From a candidate division WOR-3 bacterium (GTDB lineage Bacteria; Hydrothermota; UBA3072; B12-G15): DNA of 40,026 bases. The stretch lies in the NCBI GenBank assembly GCA_965649055.1, contig CBFGJG010000007.1, positions 1 to 40,026 of the forward strand, in the 5' to 3' direction. The first letter of the stretch is position 1, and each line of letters begins with the position of its first letter. Under the pieces are notes generated by a model. That model saw nothing but the letters and a program-made list of their open reading frames with translations. It was not told the origin of the DNA and did not search any database. The position numbers were made by a program, and so were the translations under genes. Positions 1-9,490 of this stretch are shown here, piece after piece.

Positions 1-40
1 ACAACTTTATAGATACATTAAAAAGATAAACAAAAATCCA

Positions 41-56
41 GTCTCAAAAATGAGAC
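41..56. promoter_or_regulatory. Palindrome GTCTCA-N4-TGAGAC, candidate enhancer-binding-protein (sigma54 activator) site
   Basis: Perfect 6-4-6 inverted repeat about 45-60 bp upstream of a -24/-12 element; IHF-like TAActcaTTGAAA at 68-80 lies between them. Confidence 0.6.
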
Positions 57-97
57 AGACGAAAATTTAACTCATTGAAAATCAATGATGATAAATT

Positions 98-114
98 TTG
101 GCATAGTTTTTGCA
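98..114 (+). promoter_or_regulatory. Sigma54 (RpoN) -24/-12 promoter of the RiPP precursor
   Basis: TTGGCATAGTTTTTGCA: GG at 100-101, exactly 10 nt, GC at 112-113; matches TGGCAC-N5-TTGCW. Confidence 0.75.
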
Positions 115-234
115 TATATAATATTACTATGCATAGTGAAAGGCACAATTGTGCAGGAAGGTTGTTTAGGTGGCACCGACCTTGGATGAAAAAACTTCTT
201 TTCAAGGTGCATGAAAAGAAAAATGGAGGTATTG

Positions 235-387
235 ATGAAACTCGTAGATCTCTCAATTCTTGAGGATTTAATTGAAGAACCTGTAGGTGTAAAACATGGT
301 GGTGGCGGTTGTGGGGACACCTGCAAGGGTGTTATTTGTGGTGGCAGTTGTGTTGGTGGATGGTGTGGTTACAGTACATGTGGCTAA
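235..387 (+). CDS. Cys/Gly-rich RiPP precursor peptide, 50 aa: MKLVDLSILEDLIEEPVGVKHGGGGCGDTCKGVICGGSCVGGWCGYSTCG
   Basis: Translated by hand; GGAGGT RBS at 225-230; acidic/hydrophobic leader plus six-Cys core; directly upstream of a radical SAM/SPASM gene; absent from ORF track (short). Confidence 0.9.
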   Translation: MKLVDLSILEDLIEEPVGVKHGGGGCGDTCKGVICGGSCVGGWCGYSTCG

Positions 388-393
388 AAGTCT

Positions 394-425
394 GGTAGCC
401 TCTAAAAAAGGGGCTACCTTATTGT
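394..425 (+). terminator. Hairpin / leaky terminator between precursor and maturase
   Basis: GGTAGCCTCT-AAAAA-AGGGGCTACC (10-bp stem with one G-U) followed by an imperfect T tract TTATTGT. Confidence 0.65.
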
Positions 426-446
426 ATAGTCATATAAGGGAGATAT

Positions 447-1766
447 ATGTTCCATTTAATTAAAAGGGATGATAACAAGATAATTTATTTTCCTGCATTA
501 AATAAGATTTTTAATATTACTGAAAAGGAATATGAAAAAGATTTTAAAGAATGGGAAGAAAAAGAAATAAAAGCCGAGCAGACTTTAGATTCCAATTTAT
601 TAAATACAATAAATAAATATGAACAAATTTCCAACCTTCAAAGGTTGGTAATAGGTGTTACCAATAAGTGTAATTTTCAGTGTTTATATTGTTATGGTAT
701 AAATGGAAGTTATGGAAAAAAAATTCAAACAATATCAGAAAATAAATTGTTTAGTTTATTAGATTTTTTTATTGTTAAATCTGTTGACATAAATCAGATT
801 CAATTTTTTGGAGGAGAACCACTTATTGAATTTAATCTTATAAAAAAAATTTGTAATTATTTTGAAAAAGCAAAGATGAAAAATAAAATAAAAGATATTC
901 CTATGATGACAATGGTAACAAATGGAAGCATTATTTCAGAAAAAATAATAAAATTCTTTAAAGAATATAATTTTTCAATAACAGTTAGTTTAGATGGACC
1001 CCCTGAAGTAAATGATCTAGCAAGAAAAGATAAAAACGGGGATGGTACATTCAAAAAAATTTCTGATACGATCAATTTACTAAGAGAAAACGATATCCAG
1101 TATGGTATTGAAGCAACTTATACAAAATATCATATTAAATTGGGTATTTCGGTATGGAATTTAATCCAATTTTTTTATGAAACTTTTGGGCTTACTTCAG
1201 TTCATATCCCACCTGTCTCTTCTAATAATCCAAATATTGCGTTGTTCCCAGAGTATACAAAAGAAACAATGAAAATTTATAGAGAAGCAATAAATAATTG
1301 TCTAAGAAACTGGATAAATGGAAACATAGTTTCATTTTCTTTCTTAGATAGATATCTTTATGGTCTAATAAAATTAAAGACCTCTATTACTTTTTGTCCG
1401 GCAGGATATGATACAATTGCAATATCTTGGGAAGGTAAAATTTATCCTTGTTTTATGTTTTATGGGATAGATTCTTTTGGATATAAAGAAAATATATTGG
1501 AAGAACAAAAGATAGATTTCCAAATGCCTTTGAAATCAGAATGCACTGATTGTAGTAAATGTTGGATAAGATATTTATGTTCAATTTGTATAGGTGGTGT
1601 TTATTTTGAAACAGGTTCTATTTGTAAGATTCCAGTATATTTGTGCGAATGGCAAAAGGGAATGATAGAAGAAATAATTTTTAATATAAGTAATATACAA
1701 AAAAATGTTGACATCTGGGAAAAATTTGTTAGAAATCTAAAAAAACAAAATGCTCAAAATGCATAA
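447..1766 (+). CDS. Radical SAM/SPASM peptide maturase
   Basis: CNFQCLYC (CX3CX2C), FFGGEPL, TNG, SLDG motifs; SPASM CPAG...YPC...CSKCWIRYLCSIC...C; N-terminal extension could be a leader-binding (RRE-like) element. Confidence 0.92.
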   Translation: MFHLIKRDDNKIIYFPALNKIFNITEKEYEKDFKEWEEKEIKAEQTLDSNLLNTINKYEQISNLQRLVIGVTNKCNFQCLYCYGINGSYGKKIQTISENKLFSLLDFFIVKSVDINQIQFFGGEPLIEFNLIKKICNYFEKAKMKNKIKDIPMMTMVTNGSIISEKIIKFFKEYNFSITVSLDGPPEVNDLARKDKNGDGTFKKISDTINLLRENDIQYGIEATYTKYHIKLGISVWNLIQFFYETFGLTSVHIPPVSSNNPNIALFPEYTKETMKIYREAINNCLRNWINGNIVSFSFLDRYLYGLIKLKTSITFCPAGYDTIAISWEGKIYPCFMFYGIDSFGYKENILEEQKIDFQMPLKSECTDCSKCWIRYLCSICIGGVYFETGSICKIPVYLCEWQKGMIEEIIFNISNIQKNVDIWEKFVRNLKKQNAQNA

Positions 1767-2337
1767 TAAAAGGAATTTATACCTATTTTTAATAATTTTT
1801 AATCTATTTTACTTTACATTCCTTTTTATTGAAGATAGAATAAATGTAAAGACAGAGATTGAAGAGATAGAGTCAAGGGGCTCTGAATGGGAAGTTTTTA
1901 TTAATTTTTTTAAGAGTTTATGGAGGACTATACTTGCTGTTCTTTCGAGAATTTTTATCTTCTGGTTTTGGATATTTTTTAAGATTGGATTTATATTATT
2001 TATATTTGAATTTATTGGGATATATAAGAAAGGTCAGGTTGTCTTAAAAGGTGTTATATATTCACAGACATTTGTCTTTATGTTCATATTATTTTCATTT
2101 TTCTCTATTCTAATTTTTAAAAAAGAACCTATTACCTCTTTAAACTTCATATCATCTAACGAGAATAAATTAAATAATTTTATTCTCTCTTCAATAGAGT
2201 TTTTCAAGATATGTGAATTTTTCTATCTTTTTTGGTTTATAAAAAAGCATATAAAAATTTCAGAGACAACATTAACATTGCTTTTAATCCCACTTTTTTT
2301 CATTGAAACGTTTATAAAATGGGTATATTATATTTAA
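1750..2337 (+). CDS. Multi-pass membrane protein, Yip1-like
   Basis: Hydrophobic helices; ends with SIEFFKICEFFYL, similar to the LDFFSIW segment of the 4889 gene. Confidence 0.55.
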   Translation: MLKMHNKRNLYLFLIIFNLFYFTFLFIEDRINVKTEIEEIESRGSEWEVFINFFKSLWRTILAVLSRIFIFWFWIFFKIGFILFIFEFIGIYKKGQVVLKGVIYSQTFVFMFILFSFFSILIFKKEPITSLNFISSNENKLNNFILSSIEFFKICEFFYLFWFIKKHIKISETTLTLLLIPLFFIETFIKWVYYI

Positions 2338-2338
2338 T

Positions 2339-3061
2339 ATGAGCGAAGTTATACTTGAAATTCAAGGATTATATAAAAAATATAGAAAGAGTGATTGGGC
2401 AATCAAAGATATAAATATACAGATAAAGAAAAGTGAGATAGTTGCATTTTTAGGACACAATGGTGCAGGAAAGACAACGACAATGAAATGTATTATGAAT
2501 CTTATATTCCCACAGGAAGGGTTTATCAGGATTGCAGGAATGGATAATAAAGATGAGAAAGTGAAGAATCTAATTGGTTATCTACCTGAGAATATATTTA
2601 TTCCACCATATTATAATGTTTACGAGATATTAAATCTAAGTTTAAATTTAAGGAATATTAAAGATGGTAAGGAGGGAATAAAAAAATATTTGGAATTTTT
2701 TGAATTGGGGAATTATATAGATAAAAGGATAGATAAGTTATCAAAAGGGAATAGACAGAAGGTTGCTCTAATACTTTCAATCCTTCATAATCCATTATTA
2801 TATCTTTGGGATGAGCCATCTGAAAACCTTGATCCTGTTATAAGAAGGAAGGTAATAGAATTTATTAAAGAAGAGAAAGAAAAGGGTAAATCATTCTTTA
2901 TATCAACCCACATATTAACAGAAATAGAAAGAATTGCTGAAAGGGTAATATTGATAAAGGAAGGGATAATTGTTGCAGATAAAAAAGTTGAGGAGATTTT
3001 ATCTCAAGGTGAGACACTTGAGGATTTTTATATAAAATGCTATCAGGCAAAAAAAGGGTAA
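2339..3061 (+). CDS. ABC transporter ATP-binding protein
   Basis: GHNGAGKTT, LSKGNRQK, DEP, STH motifs. Confidence 0.93.
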   Translation: MSEVILEIQGLYKKYRKSDWAIKDINIQIKKSEIVAFLGHNGAGKTTTMKCIMNLIFPQEGFIRIAGMDNKDEKVKNLIGYLPENIFIPPYYNVYEILNLSLNLRNIKDGKEGIKKYLEFFELGNYIDKRIDKLSKGNRQKVALILSILHNPLLYLWDEPSENLDPVIRRKVIEFIKEEKEKGKSFFISTHILTEIERIAERVILIKEGIIVADKKVEEILSQGETLEDFYIKCYQAKKG

Positions 3062-3837
3062 TATTTAAGGATACATTTCTTGATATATTTGAAGGGAAGA
3101 TTTCTTATCTTGTCTTTGCTTTTACATTGTTAGGCTTTATATTTACATTATCTATTGGGAAAACTGCAAGGAATTTTGCTTTGAATTCGCATATTCAATA
3201 TATAGATTTCTTTATTTTTTCTGCATTTTATTTTTTTTCATTCTTATTTAAGTCTATCATCTTTTTACTTATAGCATCCTTTCTATTATCAAAGCATTTT
3301 TATTTTAAGAAATTATCACTTATCTTCTATCCAGTAAAGAGAAAGGATTATATAATAACACTCATTTTTGCAGTTACGATTTACTCATTTATATTTTTTC
3401 TTCTATGGGACTTAATATCTTATTTTTTACAATATTATCTTTTTCATTCAAATGTGAAAAATTATTTTCTTTATTTTCTGCTCTCTGATATCTCAATTTT
3501 TTTATATTCACCATTTGTTTTATTCACAGGGTTTTATTTTTCAGAGATACCAACCGCTTTTTTATCAGTAATTATATTTTTGGGTTCTTCTTTCTCATTG
3601 CTTCTTATGCCATATTTTAATATTGGAATTCCTGAAGAAATAATGATAATCATAAATAATATTCCGAGTTTATTCAATTTTATAATATTTATTCCAATGA
3701 AATTAATGAATATTCCACAGGGTTTAATTGATTTGAAACCGAGAATATGGGATATTGCTTTTTATATACTTCTTTTTATTGTTTTTCTTATATTATCAAT
3801 AAAAAATATAAAAAAAATAGAGGATGATATACCATAG
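3037..3837 (+). CDS. ABC-2 type permease-like membrane protein
   Basis: About 6 TM segments, YPVKRKDYI motif, follows the ATPase. Confidence 0.7.
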   Translation: MLSGKKRVIFKDTFLDIFEGKISYLVFAFTLLGFIFTLSIGKTARNFALNSHIQYIDFFIFSAFYFFSFLFKSIIFLLIASFLLSKHFYFKKLSLIFYPVKRKDYIITLIFAVTIYSFIFFLLWDLISYFLQYYLFHSNVKNYFLYFLLSDISIFLYSPFVLFTGFYFSEIPTAFLSVIIFLGSSFSLLLMPYFNIGIPEEIMIIINNIPSLFNFIIFIPMKLMNIPQGLIDLKPRIWDIAFYILLFIVFLILSIKNIKKIEDDIP

Positions 3838-3839
3838 AT

Positions 3840-4502
3840 ATGATATATCTTAAATTTTTTAAGCATACAATTATTAGGAATTGTAATGATAAGAGATTTA
3901 TAATTTCAATAATTTTATGTGTTATATTTATAATTCTTAATTGGAATATTAAGAATAAGGATGTGTTCCTTTTTAATTTTAACACAACGATTTTATTACT
4001 TATTTTGATTTTTATTCATATTGATAAGATGTGGGGATTTATAAATCTCCCGTATAATTTGGAATTTCTTCTTTCTTTTCCATTTAAGGAAAATTATCTC
4101 ATTATAGTCTATCATATATCAAATGTTCTTATGTTTTTTATATATATTTTATTCATTCAAATTTTTGGTTTTTTAAAAGGGGTTACTAATGAAAATGTTA
4201 TAATAAATAATCTTATTTTTGTTACAATATTCCAGAATATATTACTTTTATTTTCATTATTAAAATATCTTCATTTTCCTGTATTTGGATTTATTTTATC
4301 ATTCTATATAGGAGGATTTTTAAGAAATGGATTTAGTGAAAAAGGATATTTAAATTATCTATCTATAATTTTGCCACCATTTAATAGTGTATTAATGTAT
4401 GGATTAAAGATATACGATTTTATAAGTGTTCTACTTTATATGACAATACCATTTTTAATTTTAGTATCTAAAAGAAACTTCTCTGAGATAAAAAAGATTT
4501 AA
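3840..4502 (+). CDS. Second permease-like membrane protein
   Basis: Multi-TM, FLLSFPFK motif, coupled to the previous gene. Confidence 0.6.
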   Translation: MIYLKFFKHTIIRNCNDKRFIISIILCVIFIILNWNIKNKDVFLFNFNTTILLLILIFIHIDKMWGFINLPYNLEFLLSFPFKENYLIIVYHISNVLMFFIYILFIQIFGFLKGVTNENVIINNLIFVTIFQNILLLFSLLKYLHFPVFGFILSFYIGGFLRNGFSEKGYLNYLSIILPPFNSVLMYGLKIYDFISVLLYMTIPFLILVSKRNFSEIKKI

Positions 4503-4503
4503 A

Positions 4504-4887
4504 ATGGGCAACATATTAGATGATAAAAACCCCCTATTATTTTTGAAAAATTCATACCACCATATATAGAAGAATTTGAAGATTGCAGAGATTGCCCGGT
4601 TAAATACTTTTGTGCTGGAGGAGGTTGTATAGGAAGGAATTATGCATTCAATAATTCATTGACAAAGCCATCACCATATTGTAAGATTTACTTACTATAT
4701 GGCAATAGCAGAATTTTTTGAGTTGTTGAGCAAAAAAACGGAAGAGATTATCATTGGAACTATTAAAGAGTTAAAAAATAAGGGTAAATCAATTATTGTG
4801 GTTACACATAGGGAAGCACCACTTAAGATAGCAGATGAGGTATACGAACTTGAAGATGGGAAATTGAATAAAATAGAAGGAGGTTAA
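4504..4887 (+). pseudogene. Chimeric remnant: C-terminus of a second radical SAM/SPASM enzyme joined to the C-terminus of an ABC ATPase
   Basis: MGNILDD (4504), then shifted frame DCRDCPVKYFCAGGGC...SPYC (4581-4682), then KELKNKGKSIIVVTHR...IADEVYELEDGK (ABC H-loop only, no Walker A/B). Confidence 0.8.
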
Positions 4888-4888
4888 A

Positions 4889-5516
4889 ATGGAAAACCTA
4901 AAAGTAATATTGAATGTTTTTTCAAATCCACCAAAGGTATATGAAAAGATAAAAAATAATAAAGTGTCAGTTCTTATTCCTATAATTGTCCTTATCATTT
5001 TCTTTTTATTGAAAGATTTTTTCATTACTTATGATAATGCCGATGTTAAAACAAAACTTAATATAGGGATAATGGGAGAGAAATCTTCATTTGTTATTTC
5101 ACCTTATTTGTTTTTAATAAAACCAATAATTGTAATCCCTTTAATAATTTTAATAAAATCCATATTCTTTTTTGCATTTAATATCTTTTCAAAAGAGAGA
5201 CTGAATTTTAAGAAATATTTTCTTATTGTTTCCTATTCATCCCAGGTAAGAATAATAGAAGTCCTAATATTGCTTTTATATTATCTCTTTTTTAAAGAAT
5301 CAATTAACTTAAGCCCTTCTCTTATTTTCTATACTTCGGGATTTTTTTATTCACTTCTTTCAAAACTTGATTTTTTTTTCAATATGGGAGATGATTTTAA
5401 TTGTTTATGGGATTAATGTAAGCACAAATATAAATAGAAGAAAGGGATGGATTATCGGGATTATAATATGGATTATTTATATCTTAATCTCTGCATCCAT
5501 TACTAAAAATGCATGA
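4889..5516 (+). pseudogene. Yip1-family membrane protein (YknW-like), frameshifted in a T9 run
   Basis: NVFSNPPKVYEKI start; removing one T at 5371-5379 gives LDFFSIWEMILIVYGI...TKNA ending at TGA 5514-5516, overlapping the next ATG. Confidence 0.75.
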
Positions 5517-6713
5517 ACAGATTTGAGATTTTTTCACTATCTTTATATAATATAAAACAACATACCCTGAGAACATTCCTCACAATAACTGGTATAATTA
5601 TAAGCACATTCATTGTTACATTTTTTTTGATAATCTCAGATACATTTAAATATACTTTTAAAATTGCTGAAAAAATGATTGGTGGAGATGTTATAACAGT
5701 TGATAAGTATGACTGGGAAGATGAAAGACATAATATAGGAGAATTATTGAAAAAGAGAAGAAATTTTTCTTATACTCTTATTAGAGAATTGAAAGAACAG
5801 AATTTTGTATTGTTATCATCATCTGTTTATGAAAATAATCTTGATGTGGAATTTAAAGAAAAGAAAATGGAGAATATAAAAATATATGGGGTTGAACCAG
5901 CATTTTTTGTTATGCATAATTACAAAATAAATAATGGGAGAAATTTCAATTATATAGACCTTAAAGAAGATAAAAGGGTATGTGTTATTGGATATGATAT
6001 TATGAAAGAAATTGGGGAAGAAACACTTGAAAAATTTATTCTTATTGGAGGTGTTTCATTTATGGTTATAGGGGTTTTAAAAAAGATTGGGAATTATCTT
6101 GAAATGAAACCTGACGAAGTTATAATAATCCCCATAACCACTTATGAGAGATATTTCTTGGAAGAAGGGGACTATTCAACTATTGAAATATTAGCCGGGA
6201 AAAAAGATGAAAGAAGTATTAATCTGATTGATAGTATTGTTGGGGAATTTAGAAAAGGATTAGGAGAAGAAGGAGGATATGCGATTAATACACTTGAAAA
6301 GAGATTTGGGTTTTTCAAAGGGGTCAGTACAAATATCTTCAAATTACTACTAATTATTTCCCTTATATCCCTACTTGTGGGTTGTATAGGAATTGCAAAT
6401 ATAATGATAGCTTCATCTTCTGAAAGGATAAATGAGATTGGGATTTTAAAGGCAATAGGTGGATCAGATATTGAAATTTTTGTTATTTTTATTTTTGAAC
6501 CTATTTTATTAGGGCTTTTAGGGGCTTCAATAGGTGTCCCTATAGCCACAGTTCTTGCTACACTTTTATTATTGTCTTCAAAAACAACTGGTTTTATTTT
6601 TAGATTTCCATTTTTCAATAATCTTAACAATAATTGCAACAGCATTATCAGGTCTTTACTCTGCTTATAAAGCATCAAAAATACAACCAATTGAAGCATT
6701 GAGGTATCAATGA
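5513..6713 (+). pseudogene. MacB/FtsX-family ABC permease, frameshifted near the 3' end
   Basis: LRTFLTITGIII, GCIGIANIM, ERINEIGILKAIG; the canonical tail SGLYSAYKASKIQPIEALRYQ is in the +1 frame from about 6600 and ends at TGA 6711-6713. Confidence 0.8.
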
Positions 6714-7801
6714 TATTTTTTATATTTTATTTCCAGGATACTATTGATTTAAGATATTTTATTGAAAAGGCTTTAGAAACTAATAAATTTATGCTCGAAG
6801 AGATTGAATATAGTGTATCAGGTGTTCAATCTGAATATCCGTTCTTTTATCTTTTGCCTTTGCCATATTTTCAGATTTCTTCTGATTTGGAAGGTGAAAA
6901 TATTTATATATTATCATTACCAATTATTGAACCATCTTTTATTTTTTTCTTTCCACTTAATAGAGTAAACAGGGATTTGAAGGGAAAAAGTAAAGAATAT
7001 GCAAAATTCTATTTGAAAAAAGAATTCACTTTTAAATTTTATGAATTTCTTTATTACTATGAATTGTCAGCATTAGAGGATTCTATCTTAAAAATATACG
7101 AAGAGATTTTAAAGATGAAAGAAGAAGGTTATAAATCTGGCAAAATAAAGTATGAAGATTATCTTGAAATACTGGAAGTTAATTTAAAAGAAAAATATAA
7201 TTATATAGTTGCAATAAATGAATTAAAAAGAACGAAGTCTATTATAAATGAAATATTGAAAGATTCGATAAATTTAATTCCACTTGATTCATTTACTTTA
7301 ATAACACTACAATATGATTCGGTTATTGGTGATATTATAATAGATATAAATAAATCAAAAATAGATAAAATTAATGTATATAAATGGAATTCAATTTTTT
7401 CTTTCCTTCCTTCACTTCAATTCCAGATGAAGTCAGATTTTAAAACATTAGAGAGAGAGTTTAGATTATCAGCATCAATTAATATATCCCAGATTATTGC
7501 AAATCTAAATTATTTTAACATACAGAAAAAGATTCTTGAGATAGAAAGGAAACAGAATGATTACGAAAAGAAAATTTTATCAGAGAAGATTAATTCAATA
7601 TTTAATAAATATAATGAATATAAAAAGAGGAATTATGAAATTGGAATAATCTATGAAAATCTCTATAAAAAATGTGAGAATGATTACTATAATGGTATTT
7701 TGTCTTATGAAAATCTATTAAATACAAGATTGAAACTTTTAGGAATAAAAAAGGAAATATTGGAATCAGAATACAGTATAATAAAGGAGTGTTTAAGATG
7801 A
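6710..7801 (+). CDS. Divergent TolC-like outer membrane channel
   Basis: Located between MacB permease and adaptor; repeated GYKSGKIKYEDYL / YYNGILSYENLL helical motifs typical of TolC. Confidence 0.65.
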   Translation: MIFFIFYFQDTIDLRYFIEKALETNKFMLEEIEYSVSGVQSEYPFFYLLPLPYFQISSDLEGENIYILSLPIIEPSFIFFFPLNRVNRDLKGKSKEYAKFYLKKEFTFKFYEFLYYYELSALEDSILKIYEEILKMKEEGYKSGKIKYEDYLEILEVNLKEKYNYIVAINELKRTKSIINEILKDSINLIPLDSFTLITLQYDSVIGDIIIDINKSKIDKINVYKWNSIFSFLPSLQFQMKSDFKTLEREFRLSASINISQIIANLNYFNIQKKILEIERKQNDYEKKILSEKINSIFNKYNEYKKRNYEIGIIYENLYKKCENDYYNGILSYENLLNTRLKLLGIKKEILESEYSIIKECLR

Positions 7802-8799
7802 AAAGATTTTTAACTTTATTCATTATCTTATTTGTACTCACAACTTTTATTGTTATAAATATTGGAAAAAGGAAAGATAATAAAGATAAAAAAGAGATTA
7901 AATATGATACAGCTAAATATAGAGCGGTAGAGATTTCTTATGAATGTGAAGGTGAGATAGAAAATTACAGGGTTTACGAGATTTTTTCACCAGAAAAATC
8001 GTTCGTAAAAAAAATCTTAAGATATCCTGGAGAGGAAGTAAAAAAAGGTGATACAATAGTAATACTATCAAATAATGAACTGGAATACAGATATAGAAAA
8101 ATCAATTATGAACTTGATGAATTAAAAACGAAATTAAAAGAGATGTCTTTTCCAAATTTATCAGAAAGTCATTACAGAAAAGAGATAAAAGATTTAGAAA
8201 ATGAAATAAGAAAGAAAGAGATTGAATTTGAATACATAAAAAGGGAGTATGATAATCTTAATATAGTCGCACCTTTTAATTGTTATGTGTTAAAGGTAAA
8301 TTCAAAAGAAGGGGAGATTATAAATGGCATTTTTTTGAAATTATCCAATCTTGATACCCTTTCATTGAGGGTGAAATTATTGTTAGAAGAAATATCTAAA
8401 TTAAAAACTGGTCAAAAATTAAAAATAGTATTTTATTCACATAGCAATTATGAAGTAGAAGGAATATTGTATTATCTGAACTATGAAGGGGAAAAGATTA
8501 AAGAGAACTATGAGTACTTTGCAGGTATAAAATTTAAAAGGATTGGGAATATACTTCCAGGTTCAAAGGCAAATGTGAAGATATTCTATGATGTCTCTGA
8601 TAAATTATGTATTCCTAATGATGCTATAATAGAAAAAAATGGAAGATACTATGTTTTATTAAAGAATGGTGAGAAAAGAGAAATTAAAACAGGAATTTCT
8701 GGTTCACAATACACTGAGATTATCTCAGGACTTAATGAAGGTGATACAATAATATCCGGCCCTTTTGATTTTTTACAGAAGAAATTGTATGAGAGATAA
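7798..8799 (+). CDS. Efflux periplasmic adaptor (MacA/HlyD family)
   Basis: AAGGAG RBS and ATGA coupling favour ATG 7798; GEEVKKGD, IVAPFN, IPNDAI, EIISGLNEGD motifs. Confidence 0.88.
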   Translation: MKRFLTLFIILFVLTTFIVINIGKRKDNKDKKEIKYDTAKYRAVEISYECEGEIENYRVYEIFSPEKSFVKKILRYPGEEVKKGDTIVILSNNELEYRYRKINYELDELKTKLKEMSFPNLSESHYRKEIKDLENEIRKKEIEFEYIKREYDNLNIVAPFNCYVLKVNSKEGEIINGIFLKLSNLDTLSLRVKLLLEEISKLKTGQKLKIVFYSHSNYEVEGILYYLNYEGEKIKENYEYFAGIKFKRIGNILPGSKANVKIFYDVSDKLCIPNDAIIEKNGRYYVLLKNGEKREIKTGISGSQYTEIISGLNEGDTIISGPFDFLQKKLYER

Positions 8800-9463
8800 T
8801 ATAATAGAGGGATTTAAGATAAACAAAACATATTATACAACAAAGATTCCTTTAAAGGTTTTGAGTGATATTGATATAAAAATAAAAAGAGGCAAATTTG
8901 TTTCAGTTTTAGGCCATTCTGGTTCTGGAAAAAGCACACTTCTACACATCCTTGCACTACTTGACAGGTTTGATAGCGGGGAATATTTTTTAGATAAAGT
9001 TTATATTAATTCATTGAATGATAAAGAGAGGACAAAATTAAGGAGAGAAAAGATAGGGATTGTTTTCCAGAGTTTCTATCTTTTTCAATACTTCAATGTA
9101 TATAAAAATGTTGAACTCCCTTTGATTATAAGAGGATATTCATATGAGAAAAGAAAAATAATGGTTGAAAATGTTCTAAAAGAAATAGGCTTAGAAGATA
9201 GAATCTATCATATGCCGAATGAACTTTCAGGTGGAGAACAACAAAGGGTTGCAATAGCAAGGGCAATTGTTACAGAGCCTGAAATACTATTTGCAGATGA
9301 ACCTACTGGGAATCTTGATTCAAAAACAGGTATGAAGATATTTGAAATCCTTGATAAATTGAATAAAGAAAAAGGAATCACAATATTTATGGTTACTCAT
9401 AATTTAGAACTTGCAAAGATGACGGATGAGATAATTTATTTAAAGGACGGAAAAATTGTTTAA
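8789..9463 (+). CDS. MacB/LolD-type ABC ATP-binding protein
   Basis: GHSGSGKST, LSGGEQQRVAIARA, ADEPTGNLD, VTH; start at ATG 8789 preferred. Confidence 0.93.
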   Translation: MRDNIIEGFKINKTYYTTKIPLKVLSDIDIKIKRGKFVSVLGHSGSGKSTLLHILALLDRFDSGEYFLDKVYINSLNDKERTKLRREKIGIVFQSFYLFQYFNVYKNVELPLIIRGYSYEKRKIMVENVLKEIGLEDRIYHMPNELSGGEQQRVAIARAIVTEPEILFADEPTGNLDSKTGMKIFEILDKLNKEKGITIFMVTHNLELAKMTDEIIYLKDGKIV

Positions 9464-9490
9464 ATTCAAGAAAGATGAGATTTTTACATC

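Noticed and set aside
44..326. ORF-track ORFs 44-256(-), 72-326(-) and 75-263(+)
   Set aside because: No clear RBS or recognisable motif; they overlap the sigma54 promoter and the better-supported precursor ORF
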